Positions 1 to 8,447 of a DNA stretch of 52,262 nucleotides are shown piece by piece. Every line of letters starts with the position of its first letter. Position 1 is the stretch's first letter. The notes under the pieces are model-generated. The model was not told the origin of the DNA. It did not search any database and saw nothing but the letters and a program-made list of their open reading frames with translations. The translations under genes were made by a program, and so were the position numbers. This stretch comes from an uncultured Alphaproteobacteria bacterium (GTDB lineage: Bacteria; Pseudomonadota; Alphaproteobacteria; HIMB59; GCA-002718135): contig CACNCX010000002.1 of assembly GCA_902619045.1 (NCBI GenBank), positions 1 to 52,262 of the forward strand. Direction: 5' to 3'.

Positions 1-411
1 CCATCTAATTTTTGATTGTTTAAAATAATTTAAATTTTTTTCTTGTATTTTTCTTAATTCTTTATTTATTTCTATAAAATATACATCAGCATTTTCAAAA
101 AAACCTGGAAGTATCTTTGCAGTTCTTTCAATATCTTTAAATAAAGTGCCATTTCCTGGGCCCAATTCAATTAAATTAAATTTCGAATTAATTTTTTCTT
201 TCCAATGATAAAGTAAATACACACCAATAATTTCTCCAAACATTTGTGAAATTTCTGGAGATGTAACAAAGTCAAATTTTTTTCCTATGGGTTTTTTGCT
301 AAAGTAATAACCATTTCTTTGATAAAGAGCCAAGTCAATAAATTTATCTAAACGCAAATTTTTTTTATTGTTAAGTAGTTTTATTTTATTAATTTTTCTT
401 TTGCTTAACAT
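1..411 (-). CDS. SAM-dependent methyltransferase, MidA/NDUFAF7 (COG1565) family; 3' end cut by window edge
   Basis: Not in the ORF track because it is open at the window edge. Manual minus-strand translation from the ATG at 409-411 (overlaps the lgt 3' end by 23 nt) gives MLSKRKINKIKLLNNKKNLRLDKFIDLALYQRNGYYFSKKPIGKKFDFVTSPEISQMFGEIIGVYLLYHW...LIELGPGNGTLFKDI. DFxTSPEISQxFGE and ELGPGxGTL are hallmark MidA-family motifs. The frame stays open to position 1. Confidence 0.6.
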   Translation of the reverse strand, partial: MLSKRKINKIKLLNNKKNLRLDKFIDLALYQRNGYYFSKKPIGKKFDFVTSPEISQMFGEIIGVYLLYHWKEKINSKFNLIELGPGNGTLFKDIERTAKILPGFFENADVYFIEINKELRKIQEKNLNYFKQSKIRW

Positions 412-1180
412 TTTGAATTATCAATATTCCAAAAATAAAAAAAGGTATACATAGTATTTGACCCATTGAAATAAAATTAAAAAATAATCCTAGGTGCAAA
501 TCTGGTTCTCTTACATATTCAATTAAAAATCTAAATATGGAATAAAATATTAAAAACTGACCACTAATTAATCCATAAATTTTGTATTTTTTTATCTTAT
601 AAAAATAGATTAATAATATGAGAAATAAAATAATTCCCTCAAGAAAAGCTTCGTATATTTGAGAAGGATGTCTTGGTATATTATCTATCGATGGATAAAT
701 AACTGATACATAAAAATCGGTTGGCCTACCTATTAGTTCTGTATTAATAAAGTTTGCAATTCTACCAAAGAATAATCCAATAGGAGCAACGATTGAAACT
801 AAATCAGATAGGTAGAAAAAACTTTTTCCATTAATCTTTGCAAATATTAAAGTACTTATTATTATACCAATCAACCCACCATGAAATGACATACCTCCAT
901 TCCAAATTTCAAATAGATAAAAAGGATTAGTTAAAAACTCATTAAGTTGATAAAAAATAACATAACCTGTTCGTCCTCCGATAATTACACCTAATACTGC
1001 CCAAATAAGAAAGCTATCTATATTTTTATTACTGTATTGATTTCCATAAATTTTGTTTAATCTTTTAATAATATAAATCCCTAATAGAAATCCCAAGATA
1101 TATGCTAAACTATACCATCTTATCTCAATGAAACTGATTGATAAGATGACAGGATCTATTGATGGTTGAATAAAATTCAT
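389..1180 (-). CDS. lgt: prolipoprotein diacylglyceryl transferase
   Basis: 263-aa polytopic membrane protein with Lgt motifs SFHGGLIG, GRIANFINxEL and RHPSQIYEAFLEG. Confidence 0.93.
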   Translation of the reverse strand: MNFIQPSIDPVILSISFIEIRWYSLAYILGFLLGIYIIKRLNKIYGNQYSNKNIDSFLIWAVLGVIIGGRTGYVIFYQLNEFLTNPFYLFEIWNGGMSFHGGLIGIIISTLIFAKINGKSFFYLSDLVSIVAPIGLFFGRIANFINTELIGRPTDFYVSVIYPSIDNIPRHPSQIYEAFLEGIILFLILLIYFYKIKKYKIYGLISGQFLIFYSIFRFLIEYVREPDLHLGLFFNFISMGQILCIPFFIFGILIIQNVKQKKN

Positions 1181-1203
1181 TTATCTATATTTAATATTAT
1201 AAC

Positions 1204-1494
1204 ATGGTTGATAGAAACAAAATACTTTCCGATTTATCAAAATTTGCAGTTGATGCTATGAGCACTTTTTCAGGTGTTAAAGAAGAAATTGAAACAATTG
1301 TATCTTTAAGAGTTAATAAAATAATAAAAAAAATGAATCTTGTTAAAAAAGATGAATTTGATGCACTGAAAAAAATGGTGCAAAAAGTAATGATGGAAAA
1401 CGAAAAATTAAAAAAAACATCTTCAAGATCAGTAAAATCTAAGAAAAAAACAGTTAAAAAGAAAAAAACTATTAAAAAGAAATCAAAAAAGTAG
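1204..1494 (+). CDS. UbiK/BMFP-family accessory factor (COG2960-like coiled-coil protein)
   Basis: 96 aa; the central coiled-coil segment LVKKDEFDALKKMVQKVMMENEKL is typical of the UbiK family, followed by a Lys-rich tail. The antisense ORF 1197..1538 is low-complexity shadow. Confidence 0.65.
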   Translation: MVDRNKILSDLSKFAVDAMSTFSGVKEEIETIVSLRVNKIIKKMNLVKKDEFDALKKMVQKVMMENEKLKKTSSRSVKSKKKTVKKKKTIKKKSKK

Positions 1495-1602
1495 GAATCC
1501 TCAACTAATTCACATTTTTTATAGATTTTGCCTTGCAAAATACGAGTTCAATCTAGTAATCAATATATAGTACTATTTATATGTGCCATGACTATATAGT
1601 GT

Positions 1603-2091
1603 ATGGAAAATGAGAATATATTGTTAAATCCCATAGATATCATTGAAGATGTTATTCATCAAAAAAAATGGAATTTTAGTAGAGCTGCCGACCATGAATT
1701 AGTTGCTGAGATAGCATCCCATTGGTGCGCTTACAGATTATATTTTACATGGTCTGAAAATATTAACGCACTAAGTTTTTCAATAACTTTTGATATTAAG
1801 TTTCCTGAAACTAAACTCAATAAGGCGTATGAGCTACTGGGACTTATAAATGAGAACTTATGGATTGGACATTTTGATATAACAAGTAAAAATGGAATCC
1901 CAGCTTTTAGACATACTTTGTTATCAAATAATTCAACAGAAACATTGCACAAAAAATTTGAAGATCTTGTTGATATTGGAATTTATGAATGTGAAAAATT
2001 TTATCCAAGTTTTCAGCAAGTTCTCTTTGACGATATTCCTCCTAAAGAAGCTATAAAATTTTCTAATTTTGAAGTTATTGGTAGAGCTTAA
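1603..2091 (+). CDS. YbjN-domain (putative sensory-transduction regulator-like) protein
   Basis: 162-aa acidic cytosolic protein. As I recall, this position between the ubiK-like gene and proC is the common alphaproteobacterial arrangement. The family call is from recall, not a search. Confidence 0.5.
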   Translation: MENENILLNPIDIIEDVIHQKKWNFSRAADHELVAEIASHWCAYRLYFTWSENINALSFSITFDIKFPETKLNKAYELLGLINENLWIGHFDITSKNGIPAFRHTLLSNNSTETLHKKFEDLVDIGIYECEKFYPSFQQVLFDDIPPKEAIKFSNFEVIGRA

Positions 2092-2123
2092 TTTTTAAAA
2101 TAAAACTGCTATATTATAGATAA

Positions 2124-2939
2124 ATGAAAAATATCTTATTAATTGGATGTGGTCATATGGGAGGTTCATTAATGTCTGGATGGTCTAACTCTAAGAATTA
2201 CACCATCAGTGTTATAGATAAAAAAAAATATGCAATTCTTAAAAAAAGAAATAGAAATAAGAAAATAAAATTTTTTAAATCAATTGATGATATTAATAAT
2301 CAGAATAATCTTGATTATATAATATTTGCAACTCGACCTCTTGAATTAACAAATGTTTTTAAAGAGTTAAAAAACGCAAATTTTAATAAAAAATCTATTG
2401 TAATAAGTGTAATAGCTGGCAAAAAAACAGAAATTTTTAAAAAAAATTTATTAAATATTAGCAAAATTGTAAGAGTAATGCCAAACATGCCTGCTTTAAT
2501 AGGGGAGGGTGTTCATTGCATTTATACAAATAAATCAATTAATAAAAAAGAAATTAAAGAGATTGATAAATTGTTCTCTTTGAGCGGCAAAACTATTTTT
2601 TTTAATAGTGAAACTTTCATAGACAAAGCAACCGCTGTATCTGGCAGTGGTCCGGGTTTTATATTTAAGTTAATTGATATTATGGAAAAATCCGCAATTA
2701 ATTTAGGTTTTTCAAAAAATACAGCTAAAACTTTAATTAATGAAACTTTTAGAGGTTCTTTAAATCTATTAAACTCTAATAATATTTCTGCTGAAAAAAT
2801 GGTTGAAACTGTTGCAACGAGAGGAGGTACGACTGAAGCAGGAATTAAGAAAATGAAAATAAATAAGGTTGATAAAATTTTTAATCAAGTTTTTAAGGCA
2901 GCATACACAAGAGCAAAACAACAAGGTGAAGGTAAGTGA
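2124..2939 (+). CDS. proC: pyrroline-5-carboxylate reductase
   Basis: N-terminal Rossmann segment IGCGHMGGSL, plus VMPNMPALIGEG, SGSGPGFIF and TRGGTTEAG motifs characteristic of ProC. Confidence 0.9.
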   Translation: MKNILLIGCGHMGGSLMSGWSNSKNYTISVIDKKKYAILKKRNRNKKIKFFKSIDDINNQNNLDYIIFATRPLELTNVFKELKNANFNKKSIVISVIAGKKTEIFKKNLLNISKIVRVMPNMPALIGEGVHCIYTNKSINKKEIKEIDKLFSLSGKTIFFNSETFIDKATAVSGSGPGFIFKLIDIMEKSAINLGFSKNTAKTLINETFRGSLNLLNSNNISAEKMVETVATRGGTTEAGIKKMKINKVDKIFNQVFKAAYTRAKQQGEGK

Positions 2940-3472
2940 ATCAAAATAAAATATCTCTAGCAAAAAAGACTTTACAATATTTAGAGAAAAAAAAATTGAA
3001 AGATATTAATCTTAAAATTTTTTTATCTAATACTAAAGTGCCAAATATAAATAATAAAATTGATTTAATCTTAAATATTAATGACTTCTTCGATTTTCAA
3101 TTAAAAAATAATCTTGTTAATATAGAAAAGTCATCACAGAGAGATATGTTATTTGAAATTATGATGGCACGTTATGATGTATTGAATGAATACAGAACTT
3201 CTGTAAAAAATATAATCAATTATTTTATGTCTAGACCACAAGGAGTATTGAAACTTATTCCTAAATTAATTGAGAGCAAAATTTTAATTGCTACTTTTGC
3301 AAATATTAATTCTAGTGGTATTCAAGGTGTTTTAAAAATAAAAATAATTTTTGCGCTTTATTATATAACCCTGTTTACTTGGTTTAATGATGAAAATGAA
3401 AGTTTAGAAAAAACAATGAGTGTCTTAGATAAATATTTAAACAATATTGAAAAATTTATAAAATTTTCATGA
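2936..3472 (+). CDS. COQ9-family (rpsU-divergently-transcribed-like) protein, tentative
   Basis: 178 aa with a 4-nt overlap onto proC. The C-terminal pattern ALYYITLFTWFNDENESLEKTMSVLDKYLNNIEKF resembles the conserved COQ9-domain tail (Y..T.L.W..D.S....T...LD.R......F). Confidence 0.4.
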   Translation: MNQNKISLAKKTLQYLEKKKLKDINLKIFLSNTKVPNINNKIDLILNINDFFDFQLKNNLVNIEKSSQRDMLFEIMMARYDVLNEYRTSVKNIINYFMSRPQGVLKLIPKLIESKILIATFANINSSGIQGVLKIKIIFALYYITLFTWFNDENESLEKTMSVLDKYLNNIEKFIKFS

Positions 3473-3816
3473 ACTCTCATAATTTTATAAATTACAAAGA
3501 ATTTGAAAATGTAGATATAAGAATAGGAACAATAATTGAAGCCTATGAATACAATCAACTTAAAAAACCATCCATAATTTTGAAAATTGATTTTGGTGAT
3601 AAGATTGGTATAAAAAAAACTTCTGCACAATTACAAAAATATTATAAAAGTGATAAATTAATTAATAAGCAAGTTATCGCTGTTGTAAACTTTAAACCTA
3701 AACAAATTGGTAAAATTATTTCAGAAGTATTAGTTCTTGGTGTGCCAGACTTAGAAAATGAACCAGTTTTGTTGTCTCCAGATAAACAGGTAAATAATGG
3801 AGGTAAATTATTTTAG
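3469..3816 (+). CDS. tRNA-binding (EMAP/CsaA-type OB-fold) protein
   Basis: 115 aa. FENVDIRIGTIIEA...KPSIILKIDFGDKIGIKKTSAQL...LINKQVIAVVNFKPKQIG...SEVLVLG matches the CsaA/YgjH tRNA-binding domain pattern. Confidence 0.8.
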   Translation: MNSHNFINYKEFENVDIRIGTIIEAYEYNQLKKPSIILKIDFGDKIGIKKTSAQLQKYYKSDKLINKQVIAVVNFKPKQIGKIISEVLVLGVPDLENEPVLLSPDKQVNNGGKLF

Positions 3817-3818
3817 AA

Positions 3819-5111
3819 TCAAAGAGGAAGTAGAACTTTAAGTTGAAGACCTCCTAGATTTGAATCAGATAATTTAACATCACCTCCATGCGATCGAATA
3901 ATATCCCTTGTAATAGTTAATCCTAAACCGCTCTCACCTTTAAGTTTGTTCCTCGAGGGGTCTAAAGTAAAAAACGGTTTAAATACATCTTCATATTTAT
4001 CTCTTGGTATACCCTCACCATCATCATTAAATTCAATGACACAATCTTTTTCATTTGTATAAAGATTTATCTCAATTTTTTTTGCATATCTTTGTGAATT
4101 ATCAATTATATTATTGAAGGCTCTCTTAAGTTGAATTTGTCTTCCGGATGATTGAATTGTGCGATTTTCATTTAAAACTAAATCAATATTATTTTTGTCA
4201 ACTGTCTTAATAATATCACTAATTAATTCATTTATAACAATAGTTTCAATTGGTTCAGGTGATTCTGTTTTTACAAAACTAACATAGCTATCCAACATTG
4301 ACGTCATTTCATTAACATCTGCTTCTAGTTCAGATTTTGCTTTTGCATCTTTCATCAATGAAATTTGTAATTTCATTCTTGTTAAAGGAGTTCTAAGATC
4401 ATGGCTAACACCAGCAAGCATTTCTGTTCTTTGCTTTAAAAATCTTTTAATTCTTGTTCTCATCTGATTGAAAGCATTGGCCGTTTGCCTTATTTCATAT
4501 GCGCCCGCAGTCTTGATATTTGGAGCATCTAAACCTCTTCCAAAAGTCTCAGCAATTATCGCCAGTCTTTTAAGGGGCCTTAATTGTCTACTCATTAAAA
4601 AGTAAGACATAAAAAAAAGAATAATAGAAGCAAAAATCATCCAAAGCAGAAAGACAAAAGCGGATTCACTATATAGTCTATCTTTATCAACATTAATTTC
4701 TAAAATATCTTCCTCATTTTGAATATAAATTAGAACACCTTCTTCAAGATTAGATAAATCATAATCAAATTTTTTTTTTAGATTGCTTAAGGACTGATTT
4801 AATCTGTTAGATAATATTCCTGAATTTAAAATAGATTTTGAAGACAATAATTGTTTATCTCTAATAATATTGATTTTCATTTTAAAATCCTGATTTGCTA
4901 TATTAATTGCATTATCAGTAAGATCACTGTTAATTAATTTTACTAAAACATTAATATCTGCAGCCACAGACTCGGTCAGTCTTTTAGAAATAATACTCCA
5001 TGAGGTTTGATAGAAAACAAAAGAAGTAATTAGGAGTATAATAATTATAGGTACAAAGATAATAATTATTGATCTTCCAATTAGCGTAGAAGGTATTATT
5101 TTTTTAATCAT
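3819..5111 (-). CDS. sensor histidine kinase, EnvZ-like
   Basis: Two TM segments (IIIIFVPIIIILLITSFVFY; FVFLLWMIFASIILFFMSYFL), a HAMP-like linker, H-box VSHDLRTPLTRM, and ATPase boxes NIIDNSQRYA, DDGEGIP and GLGLTITRDI. It shares one nucleotide with the upstream response-regulator gene. Confidence 0.9.
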   Translation of the reverse strand: MIKKIIPSTLIGRSIIIIFVPIIIILLITSFVFYQTSWSIISKRLTESVAADINVLVKLINSDLTDNAINIANQDFKMKINIIRDKQLLSSKSILNSGILSNRLNQSLSNLKKKFDYDLSNLEEGVLIYIQNEEDILEINVDKDRLYSESAFVFLLWMIFASIILFFMSYFLMSRQLRPLKRLAIIAETFGRGLDAPNIKTAGAYEIRQTANAFNQMRTRIKRFLKQRTEMLAGVSHDLRTPLTRMKLQISLMKDAKAKSELEADVNEMTSMLDSYVSFVKTESPEPIETIVINELISDIIKTVDKNNIDLVLNENRTIQSSGRQIQLKRAFNNIIDNSQRYAKKIEINLYTNEKDCVIEFNDDGEGIPRDKYEDVFKPFFTLDPSRNKLKGESGLGLTITRDIIRSHGGDVKLSDSNLGGLQLKVLLPL

Positions 5112-5791
5112 TAAATTTCATTACAAATTAATTTATATCCTTTACCTCTAATAGTTTTAATAAATTGAGGTTGTTTTGCATTTGTTTCAATTTTTTGTCT
5201 TAAACGCGTAACTTGTACATCAACTTTTCTAAGTTCGGTTTCATCAAATTCCTGGTCTGCTAATTCTTCTCTTAAAACAATATCATTTCTTTTATTTATT
5301 AATTTAACAAGCAAATTATTTTCTCCCTCTGTTAAATAAATTAATCTATCATTTTTTTGTAATTTAAAATTTTTTGTATCAAAGGTAAATTCTCCAAAGG
5401 AAATTTTAGTTATCTTGTTTTTAAGGTTTTCAAATAAATCTAGTAGATTTTTAATCCTTAAAAATAATTCTTCTGGTTCAAATGGTTTAGATAAATAATC
5501 ATCAGCACCAATTTTTAATCCATCAATTTTATCTTTGTCCTCCCCCATTGCCGTAAGCATGATTATGGGTGTATTAGAAAATTGTTTTATATGCTCAATA
5601 AGCTCTATACCATCACCACTTGGCATCATCCTATCAAGAATGATTAAATCAAACAAAACAAGAGATAAAATTTCTTTTGCTTCATTGTAATCCTCACTTT
5701 GATAAACTTGTAAATTTTTTTCATTTAAATAATCTTTGAGCAGTTCCCTCAATCTTTTATCATCATCAACAATCAAGATATTTTTATTCAT
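5111..5791 (-). CDS. OmpR/PhoB-family response regulator
   Basis: Receiver domain (ILIVDDD..., phospho-acceptor context LIILDRMMP, SKPF) followed by a winged-helix output domain (VQVTRLRQKIE...IKTIRGKGYKL). Confidence 0.9.
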   Translation of the reverse strand: MNKNILIVDDDKRLRELLKDYLNEKNLQVYQSEDYNEAKEILSLVLFDLIILDRMMPSGDGIELIEHIKQFSNTPIIMLTAMGEDKDKIDGLKIGADDYLSKPFEPEELFLRIKNLLDLFENLKNKITKISFGEFTFDTKNFKLQKNDRLIYLTEGENNLLVKLINKRNDIVLREELADQEFDETELRKVDVQVTRLRQKIETNAKQPQFIKTIRGKGYKLICNEI

Positions 5792-5793
5792 TA

Positions 5794-6279
5794 TTATCTA
5801 TTTATTTCATCAAACTTTTCTTTACTTTCATCATCTACCATCTCATACAGAATTTTTTTAAAACCATATATATCCATCTCACTAAATTTTAACAAAACAT
5901 TACGTATCTTTTTTATTTGAATTTCAGATAATCTTTTCTCTAATTCTTGACCTTTTTTTGATAGTATTAATTTTTTAGTACGCTTATCTTCACCAACAGA
6001 TAATATGATATATTTCTCGTTCACAAGTTGGCTCAATACCCTGGATAAACTTTGTTTAGTTATTTTCAATATTGAGAGGAGTTCTTTAATTGTAAGATTA
6101 TTTTGCTTTCCAACAAAATATATTACTCTATGATGTGCACGACCAAAATTAATTTTTTCCAAAACTTTATCAGGACCCTCAGTAAAATCTCTATATGAGA
6201 AAAATAATAGCTCAATAATCTTTCTAATTTCCCCCTCATTTAAAAAAAGAGGTGTTAACAACTTATTTAGGTCAGCCAT
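5794..6279 (-). CDS. MarR-family transcriptional regulator
   Basis: 161 aa with a winged-HTH core LTIKELLSILKITKQSLSRVLSQLVNEKYI...DKRTKKLILSKKGQEL. It lies 2 nt upstream of the response-regulator/kinase genes on the same strand. Confidence 0.8.
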   Translation of the reverse strand: MADLNKLLTPLFLNEGEIRKIIELLFFSYRDFTEGPDKVLEKINFGRAHHRVIYFVGKQNNLTIKELLSILKITKQSLSRVLSQLVNEKYIILSVGEDKRTKKLILSKKGQELEKRLSEIQIKKIRNVLLKFSEMDIYGFKKILYEMVDDESKEKFDEINR

Positions 6280-6337
6280 ATTGACTTAATTATGCATCAC
6301 TGATAGTCAATTGTCATTAAAAAAGTTATTAAAGAAT

Positions 6338-7222
6338 ATGCTTAAATCATTTGAAAATAGGGATGGATGGATTTGGATGAATGGTAAAATAATTCCATGG
6401 CAGGATGCAAATTCCCATATAATCTCCCAAGGCCTTCATTATGCAAGCGCAGTATTTGAAGGAGAGAGAGCATACAATGGAAAAATTTTTAAATCAGAAG
6501 ATCATACCAAAAGATTTTTTAAATCTGCCGAAATAATTGGAATGAAAATTCCATTCACACATGATCAAATTAATAGTGCAAAATACGAGCTTATTGAAAA
6601 AATGAACTATAAAAATTGTTATGTAAGACCGCTTGCTTGGAGAGGTGGTGATCAAATGGGTTTATCAACAGGTAAATCGAATATCAACGTAGCAATTGCT
6701 GTTTGGGATGACTGGGCAACATATTTTAAAATTGAAGATCAAAAAGCAGGTTTAAGATTAATTACATCTCCTTGGAAAAGACCTGCCCCAGATACCGCTC
6801 CATATGAAGCAAAAGCCTCTGGGCCTTACATTATTTGTACTCTGTCAAAAGAATTTGCAGAAAAAAAAGGCTATCACGATGCCTTAATGTTAGACTATAG
6901 AGGTTATGTTGCTGAAGGCACAGGAGCAAATATTTTTTTTATTAAAGATAATAATATCCATACTCCTATTCCAGATTGTTTTCTTAATGGGATAACTCGT
7001 CAAACTGTTATTGAAATGGCAACTAATCAAGGCTTTGAAATAACAGAAAAGCATTTAATGCCTGATGAAATTGGAAATTATGATGAAGCTTTTTTAACAG
7101 GTACTGCTGCAGAAATTACTCCTATTAAATCTATTGATGATTTTAAATATAATACAGGTGATAATACTACCACATTTAAATTTATGAATGATTTTAGTAA
7201 TATGGTTAAAAACGCTAGTTAG
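6338..7222 (+). CDS. ilvE: branched-chain amino acid aminotransferase (fold type IV)
   Basis: IWMNGKIIPWQDANSHIISQGLHYASAVFEGERAY, TGANIFF and LTGTAAEITPI are IlvE-type motifs. The ORF is open from TTG 6311. ATG 6338 is preferred because it gives the usual ~10-aa lead before IWMNG. Confidence 0.88.
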   Translation: MLKSFENRDGWIWMNGKIIPWQDANSHIISQGLHYASAVFEGERAYNGKIFKSEDHTKRFFKSAEIIGMKIPFTHDQINSAKYELIEKMNYKNCYVRPLAWRGGDQMGLSTGKSNINVAIAVWDDWATYFKIEDQKAGLRLITSPWKRPAPDTAPYEAKASGPYIICTLSKEFAEKKGYHDALMLDYRGYVAEGTGANIFFIKDNNIHTPIPDCFLNGITRQTVIEMATNQGFEITEKHLMPDEIGNYDEAFLTGTAAEITPIKSIDDFKYNTGDNTTTFKFMNDFSNMVKNAS

Positions 7223-7631
7223 AATTTTCTAACCATTCATCATCTTTATAATAAAATTCATTTTTCCAGAATGGTGCATCTTTTTTTAAATAATTCATAA
7301 TAAACTCACAGGCTTCAAAACTATTTTTTCTATGTTGTGAAAAACAACAAACTAAAACTATTTTTTCATTAACAATTAATTTTCCATATCTATGAATTAT
7401 CAAAGTATCAATTAAACTCCATTTTTTAATCGCGTTATTCTCTATTTTTGATAATTCCTTAAATGCCATTTCTTCGTAAACTTCTAAATTTAAATATCTA
7501 ACATCTTTATTTTTATTTATATCTCTTACATATCCAACAAAAGAAGTAAGAGCCCCTATATCTGAATGTTTATTTTTAATTTTCTCAATTTCTTCTTCTA
7601 AATTAAAATTTTTTTTTTGAATCTTTATCAT
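7215..7631 (-). CDS. moaE: molybdopterin synthase catalytic subunit
   Basis: 138 aa with GALTSFVGYVRD, CCFSQHRKNSFEACEFIMNYLKKDAPFWK (MoaE pattern), immediately downstream of moaD. Confidence 0.85.
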   Translation of the reverse strand: MIKIQKKNFNLEEEIEKIKNKHSDIGALTSFVGYVRDINKNKDVRYLNLEVYEEMAFKELSKIENNAIKKWSLIDTLIIHRYGKLIVNEKIVLVCCFSQHRKNSFEACEFIMNYLKKDAPFWKNEFYYKDDEWLENSN

Positions 7632-7876
7632 TACCCACCACTAACTGGGGGAAATATTGCAATTTCATCAATTGGTTTTAAATTCAAATTTTCTGAAACA
7701 TATTCCTGATTAACTGCAAATCTTAAAACATCTTGTAAAAAATGCTTTTTTAGCTCTGGATATAAATTTTCTAAATATTTTTTTAATTCTTGTATGGTTT
7801 TAGGGTGATTTAAATCAATTATTTCGTCATCTTTATTTGTTATATCCTTAATCCAAGCAAAATATCGAATTCTCAT
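7631..7876 (-). CDS. moaD: molybdopterin synthase sulfur-carrier subunit
   Basis: 81 aa, ubiquitin-like size, C-terminal ...FPPVSGG (Gly-Gly end). It shares one nucleotide with moaE. Confidence 0.8.
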   Translation of the reverse strand: MRIRYFAWIKDITNKDDEIIDLNHPKTIQELKKYLENLYPELKKHFLQDVLRFAVNQEYVSENLNLKPIDEIAIFPPVSGG

Positions 7877-7877
7877 T

Positions 7878-8420
7878 TTAAAAATGTTTTATTGATCCTT
7901 TAATATAATCATAAGCTGTATAGAGAGTTAGAATTCCAGCAATCCATAGAAAAGTCTTACCTAAATAAATAATAAATAATAAATTTAGATTACTCTCAGA
8001 TAAAATAAGTAATCCAAGTGCAGCTAGTTGAAGAAAGGTTTTTGCTTTTGCAATTCTTGAAACTGGTATACTGATTTTTATCCCTGCTAAGTATTCTCTT
8101 AAACCTGATACTGTTATTTCTCTTAATAATATTATAAGGGCTGGAATGGTATCCCAGTCTTTTATTACACCTTTAGAAGTTAAAATAAGAATAACTGCCG
8201 CTACTAATAATTTATCTGCAATTGGATCTAAAAATGTTCCAAAATTTGTTACTTCATTTCTTAACCTTGCTAAATAACCATCAAAGTAATCTGTTATTCC
8301 AGCTAAACAAAATAATATAAAGGCAATCCAGCCAAAGTATGGGTTCGTAAGATATATACAAAGAACTATAATTGGGATTATAGCAATTCTAATTATAGTT
8401 AGAATATTTGATATATTCAT
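7878..8420 (-). CDS. pgsA: CDP-diacylglycerol--glycerol-3-phosphate 3-phosphatidyltransferase
   Basis: CDP-alcohol phosphatidyltransferase motif DYFDGYLAR...GTFLDPIADKLL. The 180-aa membrane protein sits in the conserved uvrC-pgsA-moaD-moaE order. Confidence 0.9.
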   Translation of the reverse strand: MNISNILTIIRIAIIPIIVLCIYLTNPYFGWIAFILFCLAGITDYFDGYLARLRNEVTNFGTFLDPIADKLLVAAVILILTSKGVIKDWDTIPALIILLREITVSGLREYLAGIKISIPVSRIAKAKTFLQLAALGLLILSESNLNLLFIIYLGKTFLWIAGILTLYTAYDYIKGSIKHF

Positions 8421-8447
8421 TTCTTTTCTTTGTAGATGAAGAATTTT

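Noticed and set aside
1197-1538. 113-aa minus-strand ORF overlapping the ubiK-like gene. The same applies to other antisense ORFs in the track (e.g. 1731..1952, 2769..2963, 3361..3630, 9118..9360, 15607..16068, 16949..17310, 25381..25584, 27226..27432, 31505..32162, 32602..33212, 51422..51721, 51960..52181).
   Set aside because: All lie antisense to or nested within ORFs with clear family motifs. They encode low-complexity Phe/Leu/Ile/Lys-rich peptides expected from AT-rich shadow frames and have no recognisable motifs or ribosome-binding sites.
1525-1541. Hairpin ATTTTGC-ctt-GCAAAAT downstream of the ubiK-like gene as a terminator.
   Set aside because: The 7-bp stem is mostly A-T, the loop is only 3 nt, and no U-tract follows. 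It is too weak to call.
7215-7876. moaD/moaE as part of the sulfonate island (Moco supply for a sulfite dehydrogenase).
   Set aside because: As far as I recall, uvrC-pgsA-moaD-moaE is a conserved housekeeping arrangement in Alphaproteobacteria. No Moco-dependent enzyme is present in the window, so the linkage is most likely coincidental.
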